Assembly: GCF_900289195.1 (NCBI RefSeq)
Contig: NZ_OMOH01000012.1
Coordinates: 30,001 to 62,000 of the forward strand
Reading direction: 5' to 3'
DNA: 32,000 nucleotides
Source of the DNA: Propionibacterium ruminifibrarum
Lineage (GTDB): Bacteria; Actinomycetota; Actinomycetes; Propionibacteriales; Propionibacteriaceae
Shown here: positions 19,278-28,326 of the stretch, one piece after another
Layout: every line of letters starts with the position of its first letter
How positions within the stretch are numbered: position 1 is the first letter of the stretch
The notes under the pieces: generated by a model
Told to the model about the DNA's origin: nothing
The model's input: only the letters and a program-made list of their open reading frames with translations
Database searches by the model: none
Translations under genes and position numbers: made by a program

Positions 19278-20138
19278 TCACCGGGCCGTTCGCGTCCAGA
19301 CGCTCACGAGAACGCTCACGGTGATGGTGCCGGGCCCGTTCGGCCCGGCGTGCTCGTGGAAGGCGTTCGGTCCCATGGCCACCAGGTCGCGCAGCTGATC
19401 CAGGGTGCATGCGGCCTCGAACTCGACGAGGCGCCGGCCGGCCAGTTCGAGACCGGCCCCGCCCATCTGCTCTGCGAGCCGCTCGGTCTTGTCACCGGCC
19501 ACGTCGAGCAGCCCGAGCATCGCTCGCAGGCCGGCCAGGTGGGCGGTTTGCGGGGTGGCGACCACGACGCGTCCCGCGGGCGACAGGACGCGGGCGAATT
19601 CCTCGGCGTTGCGTGGGGCGAAGACGCACAGCAGCGCGTCGACGCAGCCAGAGCACACCGGCAGCCCCGCCCAGGTGTCGGCCACGACCGATGCGAGGCC
19701 GCGGGCGGCGGCCCGCCGGAGCGCGGGCACCGAGACGTCCATGCCCAGCGCCGTGGCCCCGGGGTTGGCGGCTGCGGCACCGGCCAGGTACCAGCCGGTG
19801 CCGCAGCCGGCCTCGGCGAGGCGTGACGGCGTCCCGCAGGCTTCGACGACCGCGGTGCGCAGTGGCTCGTAGACGCCCGAGGCGAGGAAGCGGTCGCGGG
19901 CGTCGAGCATGCGTGGGGTGTCCGCGTTGCGCGGCTGGCCCGTCCCGGAAAGGTTCACGTATCCCTGCCGTGCGACGTCGAAGACGTGCCCGTGCGGGCA
20001 GTGCAGGGTTCGCCCGGACATGGCCAGTGGCACGTCCCGGGTGCCCCGGCGGGCGCACACCGGGCAGGCCAGCAGCGGGCAGGCCCGCCCCAGGGCGTCC
20101 AGGCGCTGCGCGATCGGGACGGGGCCCTGCCCGATCAC
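19278..20138 (-). CDS. RlmA-like 23S rRNA (guanine-N1)-methyltransferase (Zn-finger plus class I SAM MTase)
   Basis: CPVC...LHCPHGHVFDVARQGYVNL...ADTPRMLDARDRFLASGVYEPLR parallels the E. coli RlmA N-terminus (CPLC...CPQRHQFDMAKEGYVNLL...). The SAM motif is LAEAGCGTGWY. GTG 20138 is preferred because it forms a GTGA overlap with the upstream SDR stop. The track start is 20177. Confidence 0.8.
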   Translation of the reverse strand: MIGQGPVPIAQRLDALGRACPLLACPVCARRGTRDVPLAMSGRTLHCPHGHVFDVARQGYVNLSGTGQPRNADTPRMLDARDRFLASGVYEPLRTAVVEACGTPSRLAEAGCGTGWYLAGAAAANPGATALGMDVSVPALRRAAARGLASVVADTWAGLPVCSGCVDALLCVFAPRNAEEFARVLSPAGRVVVATPQTAHLAGLRAMLGLLDVAGDKTERLAEQMGGAGLELAGRRLVEFEAACTLDQLRDLVAMGPNAFHEHAGPNGPGTITVSVLVSVWTRTAR

Positions 20139-20878
20139 AGCCCGCGGAGCATCCCGCCGTCGACGGGCAGGAGGCATCCGGTGAGGTAGCTCGCCGCGTC
20201 GGAGAGCATGAAGGCGGCCACGGCGCCGAACTCCTCGGGCGTGCCCAGGCGCTCCATCGGGATGCCGGCGCGTCGGGCGTCCTCGGCGGTCGGTTCATGC
20301 CCCAGCAGGTCGACCATGCGCTGCGTCGCGATGTTGCCCGGCAGCAGACCGAAGGTGCGGCCGCCGTCTCGGGCGATCTCGTCCCCCAGCTGCTTGACGA
20401 GCATCGCCAGGCCGGGGCGCAGGCCGTTGCTCGGCGCCATGTCGGCCAGCGGCATCCTGGCCGAGACCGACAGGACGAAACCGAGGCGGGCGGCCGGGTT
20501 CGCGCCCAGCACGGCGCGCGCGGTGCGGAGCGCGGCGAGGAAGACGGAGTCGAAGGCGCCGAGCCACTGCTCGTCTGTGGTGCCGGTGACGGTGCCCTTC
20601 GGTGGGCCGCCCACCGAGACCATCGCGCCATCGAGGCGTCCCCACGTGGCCAGCGCCAGGTCGACGGCCTCTGGCGCCGTGCCGGGCAGTGACAGGTCCG
20701 CCGCCAGGGCCGTGGCGTTGTCGCCGAGCTCGGCGACGGCGGCGTCGAGGGCCTCCCGGCGGCGGGCCACGAGCACTGCGCGGGCCCCCTCGGCGACCAG
20801 CGCCCGGGCACTTGCCAGTCCCAGACCACTGCCGGCGGCCGTGACGATGAACACCCTGTCGTGCAATCCGAGATCCAT
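20135..20878 (-). CDS. Short-chain dehydrogenase/reductase (SDR) family oxidoreductase
   Basis: 247 aa from ATG 20878: MDLGLHDRVFIVTAAGSGLGLA (Rossmann TGxxxGxG-like), with C-terminal LTGCLLPVDGG. The rest of the 781-aa track ORF is antisense to fabG/fabI and is spurious. Confidence 0.85.
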   Translation of the reverse strand: MDLGLHDRVFIVTAAGSGLGLASARALVAEGARAVLVARRREALDAAVAELGDNATALAADLSLPGTAPEAVDLALATWGRLDGAMVSVGGPPKGTVTGTTDEQWLGAFDSVFLAALRTARAVLGANPAARLGFVLSVSARMPLADMAPSNGLRPGLAMLVKQLGDEIARDGGRTFGLLPGNIATQRMVDLLGHEPTAEDARRAGIPMERLGTPEEFGAVAAFMLSDAASYLTGCLLPVDGGMLRGL

Positions 20879-20944
20879 GTCCTCATCCTGCCGCACTGTG
20901 TGCATCGCCACACGCAGGGGCACGAGAACCGGTAGCGTGGCCGG

Positions 20945-21664
20945 GTGAGCAATGAGCAGAACGGGCGCGTAGCCCTCGTCACCGGAACAAGCCGCGGTAT
21001 CGGCGCGGCCATCGCCGCCCATCTCCTCGAGGCGGGCTACCGCGTCGCGGGGACCAGCCGCACGGGCACCGCCCCAGAGGGCGTGCTGGGCATCGCCTGC
21101 GACATCACCGACCCGGAGCAGGTCGACGCCGCCTACCAGCGGATCGAGGCCGAACTCGGCCCCGTCGAGGTCCTCGTCGCCAACGCCGGGGTCACCCGCG
21201 ACGGCCTCATGGCCATGATGAAGGACGAGGCCTGGCAGGAGGTCATCGACACGAACCTGTCGGGCACCTTCCGCACCGTGCGCCGCGCCGTGCGTCCCAT
21301 GACGCGCGCCCGCTTCGGCCGCATCGTGCTCATCAGCTCGGTGTCCGCCTACGTCGGCACGCCGGGCCAGGTGAACTATGCGGCCAGCAAGGCGGGGCTC
21401 ATCGGCATGGCCCGCTCGGTCGCCGGCGAGCTCGGCAGCCGCAACATCACCTGCAACGTCGTGGCGCCCGGTTTCGTCCGCACCGACATGACCGAGGAGC
21501 TGTCCGACGACGTCAAGGCCGACTACCTCAAACGCATCCCGCTGCGTCGTGCCGCCGAGGTCGACGACATCGCCGCCGCGGTGCGTTTCCTGTGCTCCGA
21601 CGAGGCCGGCTACATCACCGGCGTCGTGCTGCCCGTCGACGGCGGCATCGGCATGGGGCGCTAA
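20945..21664 (+). CDS. fabG: 3-oxoacyl-[ACP] reductase (FabG/MabA-like)
   Basis: VALVTGTSRGIGAAIA, NAG, S...YAASKAG catalytic triad context, and ITGVVLPVDGG. It lies immediately upstream of the enoyl-ACP reductase, as in the mabA-inhA operon. Confidence 0.9.
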   Translation: MSNEQNGRVALVTGTSRGIGAAIAAHLLEAGYRVAGTSRTGTAPEGVLGIACDITDPEQVDAAYQRIEAELGPVEVLVANAGVTRDGLMAMMKDEAWQEVIDTNLSGTFRTVRRAVRPMTRARFGRIVLISSVSAYVGTPGQVNYAASKAGLIGMARSVAGELGSRNITCNVVAPGFVRTDMTEELSDDVKADYLKRIPLRRAAEVDDIAAAVRFLCSDEAGYITGVVLPVDGGIGMGR

Positions 21665-21694
21665 CCTTCGACGGGAACGAAAGGACAAGGACAC

Positions 21695-22468
21695 ATGGGC
21701 ATTCTCGAGGGCAAGAAGATCCTCATCACGGGCATCACGATGGACACCTCCATCGCCTACAAGGCGGCCGAGGTCGCCCAGCGCGAGGGCGCCGACATCA
21801 TCGTCACCGGTTTCGGCCGGGCGCTCAGCCTGTGCAGGCGCGTCTGCGCCAAGCTCGACCCGGCGCCGCCGGTCATCGAGCTGGACGCCACCAGCGCCGA
21901 GAGCCTGGCGGCACTGCCCGGCACGCTGGCCGAGAACGGCTTCGACCACGTCGACGGCGTGCTGCACTCCATCGCCTTCGCCAACCCCGAGACGGCGCTG
22001 GGCGGCAACTTCCTGTCCACCGGGTGGGACGACGTGGCCACCGCACTGCACACCTCGACCTACTCCTACCCGGCCCTCGCCGTGGCGCTGAAGGACATGA
22101 TGGGCCCCGGCTCCTCGGTCGTCGGCCTCACCTTCGACGCCACGATCAGCTGGCCGTCCTACGACTGGATGGGCGTCGCCAAGGCCGGCCTGGAGTCCGC
22201 GAACCGCTACCTGGCCCGCTACCTCGGCCCGGACGGCATCCGCGCCAATCTGGTCTCGGCCGGGCCGATCGACTCGCTGGCGAAGAAGGCCATCCCCGGC
22301 TCGGCCTCGCTCAACGACGTCTGGGACGAACGCGCCCCCCTCGGCTGGGACGCCAAGGACGCCACCCCGGTGGGCACCGTGATCTGCGCCCTGTTCAGTG
22401 ACCTGTTCGCCGCGACCACCGGCGAGATCATCCACGTCGACGGCGGTCTGTTCTCGACCGGCGCCTGA
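21695..22468 (+). CDS. fabI: NADH-dependent enoyl-[ACP] reductase (FabI/InhA-like)
   Basis: MGILEGKKILITGI...SIAY..., HSIAFA, YDWMGVAKAGLES (Y-x6-K) and IHVDGG. AAAGGA RBS lies upstream. Confidence 0.9.
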   Translation: MGILEGKKILITGITMDTSIAYKAAEVAQREGADIIVTGFGRALSLCRRVCAKLDPAPPVIELDATSAESLAALPGTLAENGFDHVDGVLHSIAFANPETALGGNFLSTGWDDVATALHTSTYSYPALAVALKDMMGPGSSVVGLTFDATISWPSYDWMGVAKAGLESANRYLARYLGPDGIRANLVSAGPIDSLAKKAIPGSASLNDVWDERAPLGWDAKDATPVGTVICALFSDLFAATTGEIIHVDGGLFSTGA

Positions 22469-22485
22469 TCCCTGGAACACTGCGA

Positions 22486-22519
22486 CGAAGGGCCCGGTCC
22501 CTCGGGGCGGGGCCCTTCG
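22486..22519 (+). terminator. Hairpin after fabI
   Basis: CGAAGGGCCC (22486-22495) pairs perfectly with GGGCCCTTCG (22510-22519), with a 14-nt loop, 18 nt after the fabI stop. Confidence 0.6.
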
Positions 22520-22799
22520 CCATGTTCACGTCCGGGCCCGGCAGCGGCAGGCGCCCTCCCATCCTCTCGTTCCGGCACGGTGTGGGACCGGTACAGCGCC
22601 ACATGGGTCCGGCCGGAGGACCGGTCACGGGTCTGCGGGCGCCTCGTCGGGTTCCTCGGAGCGGCCGCGGCCTGCTCACCGGCCCGCCGCACGGGCGGGA
22701 CGGGGTGTCCGGTCAACGCTGAAGGATTGCGGGACGGGCGGCCGCTTCTGGCCGGGGGATACCCAGAGGAGGGGCGTGGCATAGGGGCCGACGTGCCGG

Positions 22800-23636
22800 T
22801 CAGGCGCGGGCCGGGCTCATGTCGGGCCAGCTCGCGGCGGCGCTGATGGCCTCGCAGCACAGGGCGTCGAGGCGGCGCAGGTGCGTGAAGCGGATCTGCT
22901 GGGCGTGCGAGTGCAGCAGCGCGTCACCGGCGTCCAGCCCGGCCGCGCAGGCCTCGCGCCAGAGCATCGCCTTGTCGAGCAGCTGCTGGTTGCGGGCCGG
23001 GTAGGCCTGCCCGAGGACGACCGACGCCGCGTCCGCCGGCCTGCTGCCGGCCACCACGTCGAGCGAGGCCAGTTCGCGAGCCGACTCGAGGATCTGCTCG
23101 TTGAGTGCCGTCGCCGCCTCACTCGGAGTGGGAGGGGGCAGGGGGCGCTCGGCGCGGGCCAGCTGCCACTGCATCGCCGGGCCGACCGGGTGGGGGAACC
23201 AGACCGCCCCGCCGTCGTGACGGATGACCGCGGCCCCGCAGGCCAGGGCCTGCTCGTTCACCGCGGCCGGCCCGCGCAGGCCCCCGAGATCTCCCGGCCG
23301 GGCCAGCACCAGCATCCACAGCGCGCCCCGCATCCGGTCTGAGATCCTGGCCAGGGCAAGCCGCACCGGAACGGCGCCGTCGGTGTCCAGGCCCAGTACG
23401 GATTCCGGATCGGCGACGTGGTGGGGACGGTCCGGCTCACCGGCCTCGGTCATGCGCAGCACATGCTCGGCCTGCGGCGCATCGAGAGCGCCGACGCCCA
23501 TGGCGTTGAGCAGGCTCACGAGCCGCAGGCACTCGATGACGGAGTCGGACACGGCGACAAGGTTAACGGCGGTCCCGGCCACGGCTAAGTGGTTGCGTTG
23601 CAGGCGAACGCGGGAATCCCCGGCCGATCCGGGCAA
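22800..23636 (-). CDS. Hypothetical protein (no recognisable motif)
   Basis: 278-aa ORF with GC3-rich codon usage consistent with real coding. In-frame GTG 23552 (VSDSVIECL...) is an alternative start that would leave a 116-bp divergent promoter region. No catalytic or binding motif was recognised by eye. Confidence 0.6.
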   Translation of the reverse strand: MPGSAGDSRVRLQRNHLAVAGTAVNLVAVSDSVIECLRLVSLLNAMGVGALDAPQAEHVLRMTEAGEPDRPHHVADPESVLGLDTDGAVPVRLALARISDRMRGALWMLVLARPGDLGGLRGPAAVNEQALACGAAVIRHDGGAVWFPHPVGPAMQWQLARAERPLPPPTPSEAATALNEQILESARELASLDVVAGSRPADAASVVLGQAYPARNQQLLDKAMLWREACAAGLDAGDALLHSHAQQIRFTHLRRLDALCCEAISAAASWPDMSPARA

Positions 23637-23668
23637 CGCGGCGCCGGGCGGGATTGTAAGGTCTAACC

Positions 23669-24463
23669 ATGGTTTCGGTGGCAGAGCTTGCAGGGGTCAG
23701 CGTTCGGCGTGGTGAGAAGCTTCTGCTCGACGACGTGAACCTGAGCATCGACGAGGGCCAGCGCTGGGTCGTGATCGGGCCGAACGGAGCGGGCAAGACC
23801 ACGCTGCTGTCGATCCTGGCGACCACCCTGTACCCCACCAAGGGCGTCGTCGGAATCCTCGGGGAGGTGCTCGGAGCGGTCAACGTCTTCGAACTGCGGC
23901 CCCGCATCGGCCTGACGAGCGCCTCGATGGCCCACCGCATCCCCTACCGCGAGAAGGTGGGCGACGTCGTCGTCTCGGCCAGCTACGCCATCAACGGGCG
24001 CTGGCACGAGCACTACGACGAGATGGACTTCGAACGGGCCGGCCGGCTCATGGACTACTTCGGGGTGGCCCATCTCGCCGACCGCACCTATGGCACGCTG
24101 AGCGAGGGCGAGCGCAAACGCGTCGAGATCGCCCGCGCCATGATGACCGACCCGGAGCTGCTGCTGCTCGACGAGCCGGGCGCCGGCCTCGACCTCGGCG
24201 GGCGCGAACGTCTGGTGTCCACGCTCAACCAGCTGTGCGCCAGCCCCTACGCCCCGACGACCGTCCTCGTCACCCACCATGTCGAGGAGATCCCGGCCGG
24301 CATCACCCACGCCCTGCTGCTGTCCGACGGCCGGGCCGCGGCATCCGGCCCGGTCGGCGAGGTACTCACCGACGAGAACATGTCCGCCGTCTACGGCATG
24401 CCGCTGCACATCGAGCAGGCCGCCGACGGGCGCTGGACCGCCAAGGCCGCCGTCACCGGCTGA
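23669..24463 (+). CDS. ABC transporter ATP-binding protein (stand-alone, no adjacent permease)
   Basis: Walker A GPNGAGKTT, signature LSEGERKR, Walker B LLLLDEPGAGLD, H-loop VTHH. TAAGGT at 23656-23661 lies 7 nt before the ATG and there is no SD, suggesting a leaderless mRNA. Confidence 0.9.
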   Translation: MVSVAELAGVSVRRGEKLLLDDVNLSIDEGQRWVVIGPNGAGKTTLLSILATTLYPTKGVVGILGEVLGAVNVFELRPRIGLTSASMAHRIPYREKVGDVVVSASYAINGRWHEHYDEMDFERAGRLMDYFGVAHLADRTYGTLSEGERKRVEIARAMMTDPELLLLDEPGAGLDLGGRERLVSTLNQLCASPYAPTTVLVTHHVEEIPAGITHALLLSDGRAAASGPVGEVLTDENMSAVYGMPLHIEQAADGRWTAKAAVTG

Positions 24464-24568
24464 GGCAAGGGCCACGATCCAAGGCGGCGCGGCCCCTGCG
24501 TTGTGCACAGCCTGCGGTTTCTGTGTGTCTTTCCACGACGAACGCAGGGCGAAGTCGTGCAGGCAGGG

Positions 24569-25615
24569 TCAGGTCGAGGGTTTCTCGGTGACGCTCAGCC
24601 GCCCGGCCCGCTCGTGCCAGGCGGGGGACTTGGTGCGGTAGCGCCCGGCGATGACGCCGCAGGCGATCAACTGCGCCATGTGGAAGATCATCAGCGGCAG
24701 GACGAGCAGCGGCACCTGGGCGGCGCTGAACAGCACCGAGGCCATCGGGGCGCCGGTCGCCAGCGACTTCTTCGTGCCGCAGAACTGGATGGCGATCTGG
24801 TCGCGGCGCCCGAAACCGAGCCGGCCGGGCAGCCACCACGTGATGGTCAGCATGACCGCGAGCACGACGAGCAGCACCGGCAGCAGCCGGACGATGTCGA
24901 ACGCGCCGACCGTGTGCCAGACGCCCTCGTTGATGCCGTCGCTGAAGGCGCTGTAGACGACGCAGACGATGCTGAACTGGTCGACGAGCTTCAGTCGCGG
25001 GTGCGATGTGACGAAACCGGCCGTCCAGCGCCGGGTGAGCTGGCCCAGCACGAACGGCAGCAGCAGCTGCACGCACAGGTCGAGGATCGAGCTGGGTTCG
25101 ATGACCAGCCCCCCGGTGCTCATGACGACCATGGCCAGCAGCGGCGTGAAGAAGACGCCCAGGATGTTCGACAGCGAGGCCGAGACGATCGCCCCGGCCA
25201 CGTTGCCGCCGGCGATCGAGGTGAAGTTGATGGAGCTCTGCACCGTGGACGGCAGGATCGACAGCCACAGCACACCCAGGTACAGCTCGGGGCTCAGGTA
25301 GTGCCCCGACAGCGGGCGCAGGGCGAGCGCGATGAGCGGGAAGACGACGTAGGTGAAGACCAGGATCGTCACGTGCAGGCGCCAGTGGGTCAGGCCGGCC
25401 AATGCCTCCCGGGGGGCCAGCCGCACGCCGTACAGGTAGAACAGGATGAAGATCAGCACCTTGACGGCCCAGTCAAGCACGTGATTCGCCTCACCGGTCG
25501 CCGGCAACAGGGTGGCGACGACGGCGGAGACGACGATGGCCGTCACGAACCAGTCGACGCGGATCCGCCGGTACCAGGGCCTGTGCTCGTGCGGTGGGGT
25601 CTGCGACGTAGTCAC
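24569..25615 (-). CDS. Bile acid:sodium symporter (BASS/YfeH-like) family transporter
   Basis: 348-aa polytopic membrane protein with a GTG start. WFVTAIVVSAVVATLLP..., FILFYLYGVRL and TVQSSINFTSIAGGNVAGA are typical of the BASS/SBF-like family. Confidence 0.8.
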   Translation of the reverse strand: MTTSQTPPHEHRPWYRRIRVDWFVTAIVVSAVVATLLPATGEANHVLDWAVKVLIFILFYLYGVRLAPREALAGLTHWRLHVTILVFTYVVFPLIALALRPLSGHYLSPELYLGVLWLSILPSTVQSSINFTSIAGGNVAGAIVSASLSNILGVFFTPLLAMVVMSTGGLVIEPSSILDLCVQLLLPFVLGQLTRRWTAGFVTSHPRLKLVDQFSIVCVVYSAFSDGINEGVWHTVGAFDIVRLLPVLLVVLAVMLTITWWLPGRLGFGRRDQIAIQFCGTKKSLATGAPMASVLFSAAQVPLLVLPLMIFHMAQLIACGVIAGRYRTKSPAWHERAGRLSVTEKPST

Positions 25616-25653
25616 GCGGTCAGTCTAGGATCGAGCGGGCCGGGTGACAGCCG

Positions 25654-26502
25654 GTGCCCACCGCCGGCAGCAACTACTCTTGCGCCGTGGCAACCCTCAT
25701 CCCGGTCACCGACCCCGAAGACGAGCGCCTGGGCGACTACGTGCGGCTGCGCGACGTCTCACTGCGCCGATCGCTCGAGGCCGCCCACGGCCTGTTCATC
25801 GCCGAGGGCGAGAAGGTCATCCGGCGGGCCTGCGAGGCTGGTTACGAGCCGCGCTCCTTCCTGCTGGCCGAACGCTGGATCGCCGGGCTGAGCGAGGTCC
25901 TCGACCGGTTCGACGTGCCCGTCTACGTGGTCGACGAGGCGCTTGCCGAACAGGTCACCGGCTTTCACGTGCACCGCGGTGCCCTCGCCTCGATGAAACG
26001 CACCACCCGGTGGACCATGAGCGACCTGCTGGGGGCCCGGCGGCTCGTCGTGGCCGAGGACATCGTCGACCACACGAACGTCGGCGCGATCATCCGGTGC
26101 GCCGCCGCTCTCGGCTGGGACGGCGTGCTGCTCGCCCCGCGGGCCGCCGACCCGCTCTACCGCAGGGCCATCAAGACGAGCATGGGTGCGGTCTTCTTCC
26201 TGCCCTGGGCGCGCATGGACGACTGGGCAGGGGGCCTCGACGTGCTCAAGCGGGCCGGCTTCACCGTGGCGGCGATGGCCCTGCGCGACGACGCCGTGAC
26301 GCTCGACTCGTTCGCCGCAGAACTGGCCGGCGAGTCCCGCAAGGTGGCCCTCCTCATGGGCACCGAGGGCAGCGGGCTCAGCTCGCGGTGGCTGCGCCAG
26401 GCCGACGTCGCCGTGCGGATCCCGATGGCCCGCGGCATCGACTCCCTCAACGTGGCCGCTGCGGCCGCGGTCGCCTGCTACACGCTGCGACCCGGGGAAT
26501 GA
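25654..26502 (+). CDS. TrmH/SpoU-family RNA 2'-O-methyltransferase
   Basis: The C-terminal SPOUT motifs are DHTNVGAIIRCAAALG, LLMGTEGSGLS and IPMARGIDSLNVAAAAAVACY. The N-terminal substrate-binding domain reads LFIAEGEKVIRRA. Alternative start at GTG 25687. Confidence 0.85.
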   Translation: MPTAGSNYSCAVATLIPVTDPEDERLGDYVRLRDVSLRRSLEAAHGLFIAEGEKVIRRACEAGYEPRSFLLAERWIAGLSEVLDRFDVPVYVVDEALAEQVTGFHVHRGALASMKRTTRWTMSDLLGARRLVVAEDIVDHTNVGAIIRCAAALGWDGVLLAPRAADPLYRRAIKTSMGAVFFLPWARMDDWAGGLDVLKRAGFTVAAMALRDDAVTLDSFAAELAGESRKVALLMGTEGSGLSSRWLRQADVAVRIPMARGIDSLNVAAAAAVACYTLRPGE

Positions 26503-26606
26503 GCCGATCACTGCCGCCCTCACCGCCCGTCGTCAGTCCCCGTACGGGGGAGAGAGGGCTGTGCCACTGTGGCCCGAACGGTGACGGCGAATGGGACAAC
26601 TCGCTC

Positions 26607-27398
26607 TCAATCGGCGGTTCGGCTTCCGGGACCGCCTCTGGCATCCTGCCCGGTGACCGGCCGCTCCGAGACCAGCGTCCCGATCTGCTCGGTGAGCTCG
26701 GCGACCTGCCGCTGCAGATTGGTCACCTGCGCCCGGGTGGCCGCCTCCTCCTCGGCGCTCTCCACGGCCATCGTGCTGACGATCCACGACGCGAGGGTCG
26801 CGGTGATGACGCCGATGAGCGTGATGCCGCCGATCATGAGCAGCGCCGCGACCGTGCGCCCGATCGCGGTGACGGGGGCCAGATCGCCGTAGCCGACGGT
26901 CGTGATGGTCACGAGCGCCCACCACAACGCGTCGGGGAAGGTCGTGATCGAGGTGCCGGGGGTGTTCCGCTCGGCCTCCAGGACGGCCAGCGAGGCCACG
27001 AAGGTGATGAGTGCCGCCCCGCCGGCCGCGTAGATCATGATGCGGCCCCGCAGGGCGAGACCCGCGTTGCGCTGCAGCACCCTCACGAGCGCCACGACGC
27101 GCAGCAGGCGCAGTGGTCTCAGCAGGGGGAGCGCGACGGCCGCGAGGTCGAACAGGTGCTGTAGGAACCAGCGCCCCCGCGCCGGTGCGAGGGCGAGGCG
27201 GACGAGGTAGTCGACGATGAAGACCACCCAGACGGCGTTCATCACGACCTCGGTGACCGTGCGCGCCGTGCTCCGCAGATCGGCGATGACCTGCCATGCG
27301 TAGGCGGCGAGGAAGACCAGGGCGGCGACGATCAGCGGCCACTCGGTGACCCGCTCCCAGGTGAGCAGCCGGTCAGCGCGGACATCACTCCTTGCCAT
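26607..27398 (-). CDS. Voltage-gated potassium channel (6-TM Kv-like)
   Basis: Selectivity filter TTVGYGD. S4-like arginine repeats LRPLRLLRVVALVRVLQR. C-terminal coiled coil. ATG 27398 (MARSD...) is preferred; GTG 27428 is possible. Confidence 0.85.
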   Translation of the reverse strand: MARSDVRADRLLTWERVTEWPLIVAALVFLAAYAWQVIADLRSTARTVTEVVMNAVWVVFIVDYLVRLALAPARGRWFLQHLFDLAAVALPLLRPLRLLRVVALVRVLQRNAGLALRGRIMIYAAGGAALITFVASLAVLEAERNTPGTSITTFPDALWWALVTITTVGYGDLAPVTAIGRTVAALLMIGGITLIGVITATLASWIVSTMAVESAEEEAATRAQVTNLQRQVAELTEQIGTLVSERPVTGQDARGGPGSRTAD

Positions 27399-27527
27399 GA
27401 CTGGATCATAAGTGTCCGGGGGCGGCACTGTCGCCGGTAGCGCTCATCCAGATCAGGCGACTCGCCGTGACGGGGATCGGTGATCAGCCCGGTGGCCCGG
27501 TGTGCCGCAAGGCCTCGTGGAGGCGCC

Positions 27528-27567
27528 GACGGTGGCCGGCCGATGACTGGCCCGGCCGGCCACCGTC
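27528..27567 (-). terminator. Perfect 14-bp hairpin downstream of the lipoprotein gene
   Basis: GACGGTGGCCGGCC (27528-27541) pairs perfectly with GGCCGGCCACCGTC (27554-27567), with a 12-nt loop. It lies about 100 nt past the stop of the minus-strand gene 27668-28204. Confidence 0.45.
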
Positions 27568-27667
27568 AGAAGGGGAGGCCCTCCCCGTGCGGAAACAACT
27601 GAAGAGAGGAGGTGAAGGAATCACGGGGAGGGCCGGTACTGGGTGCGGGCGTCAGCCCGCCGCTGTG

Positions 27668-28204
27668 TCAGCTGTGGAAGATGACGTTCTTGTAGGTGAA
27701 GTCCGGGGCCACCTCCAAGACCAGGTCGGCCGGGTCGTTGACGCCGAAGGCGATCTGGAACTGCACCTCACGGCCCGGCAGGAGCGAGGTGGACGGGCTG
27801 TCGCCGAGCTGCCCGGAGTCGTACACCTGGCTGGCCTCCTGGTTCCCTGACTGGAGCGTCGCGTAGAACAGGCTCGGGTCCCAGTTCTCGCTCGTGCCGT
27901 TGACGATGCGCACGGTGAACACGACGAAATCGCTGTAGCCATCGGAGCCGATCGCGTACTCGCCGGGGGTGAAGGGCTCGGGTGCGCTCACCTCGATCGC
28001 CAGTCCGTCGTCCCAGGTGTATGCGGTGCCGAAGGTGGCGTCGGTGCCCTGCGTCGTGCCAGAGGAGTCCTGGGCGGGTTCGCTCGCCGATCCCGCGTTG
28101 ACTCCGGCCGGTGCGCTGTCCGAGTGGCTGGCCTGCACTGTGCTGCACGCCGTCATGGTCAACGCGGCGAGACAGAGGCCGAGCCCTGCGATCTTCTTCA
28201 TCAT
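27668..28204 (-). CDS. Secreted lipoprotein, DUF4352-like beta-sandwich
   Basis: MMKKIAGLGLCLAALTMTAC is a signal peptide with a lipobox Cys. It is followed by a low-complexity Ser/Ala/Gly linker and then a beta-rich domain (FVVFTVRIVNGTSENWDP...REVQFQIAFGV) resembling actinobacterial DUF4352 proteins. GGAG RBS. Confidence 0.8.
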   Translation of the reverse strand: MMKKIAGLGLCLAALTMTACSTVQASHSDSAPAGVNAGSASEPAQDSSGTTQGTDATFGTAYTWDDGLAIEVSAPEPFTPGEYAIGSDGYSDFVVFTVRIVNGTSENWDPSLFYATLQSGNQEASQVYDSGQLGDSPSTSLLPGREVQFQIAFGVNDPADLVLEVAPDFTYKNVIFHS

Positions 28205-28300
28205 GGTGACTCCTTGATCGGAACAGATGTGGTGCCGGTCATGAGCTCACCGGCGGTGTGACTCAACTGTCGACCAGACCGTTGACAGCCACAACATGAG

Positions 28301-28326
28301 TGACTGATAAGGCCCCTTATCGGTCA
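28301..28326. promoter_or_regulatory. Imperfect palindrome in the lower-GC divergent region upstream of the HTH/hsdM operon (candidate operator)
   Basis: TGACTGATAAGG (28301-12), cc, CCTTATCGGTCA (28315-26): 12-bp arms with 1 mismatch. TTGACA at 28282-28287 lies 18 nt upstream of GATAAG (28306-11), so the palindrome would overlap a -10. Confidence 0.35.

Noticed and set aside
19409-21012. 427-aa (+) and 506-aa (-) ORFs over the methyltransferase/SDR region.
   Set aside because: These are extreme Arg/Pro/Gly/Ala-rich off-frame translations. They overlap genes that have recognisable RlmA and SDR motifs.
20879-22480. Upstream 530 codons of the 781-aa minus-strand ORF 20135..22480.
   Set aside because: Only the last 247 codons, from ATG 20878, form an SDR. 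The remainder is antisense to fabG and fabI, which carry clear catalytic motifs.
24503-27164. 462-aa and 506-aa + strand ORFs (24503..25891, 25644..27164).
   Set aside because: They overlap the BASS transporter, trmH and K+ channel genes in wrong frames or strands. Their composition is Arg/Gly/Pro/Asp-rich with no motifs.
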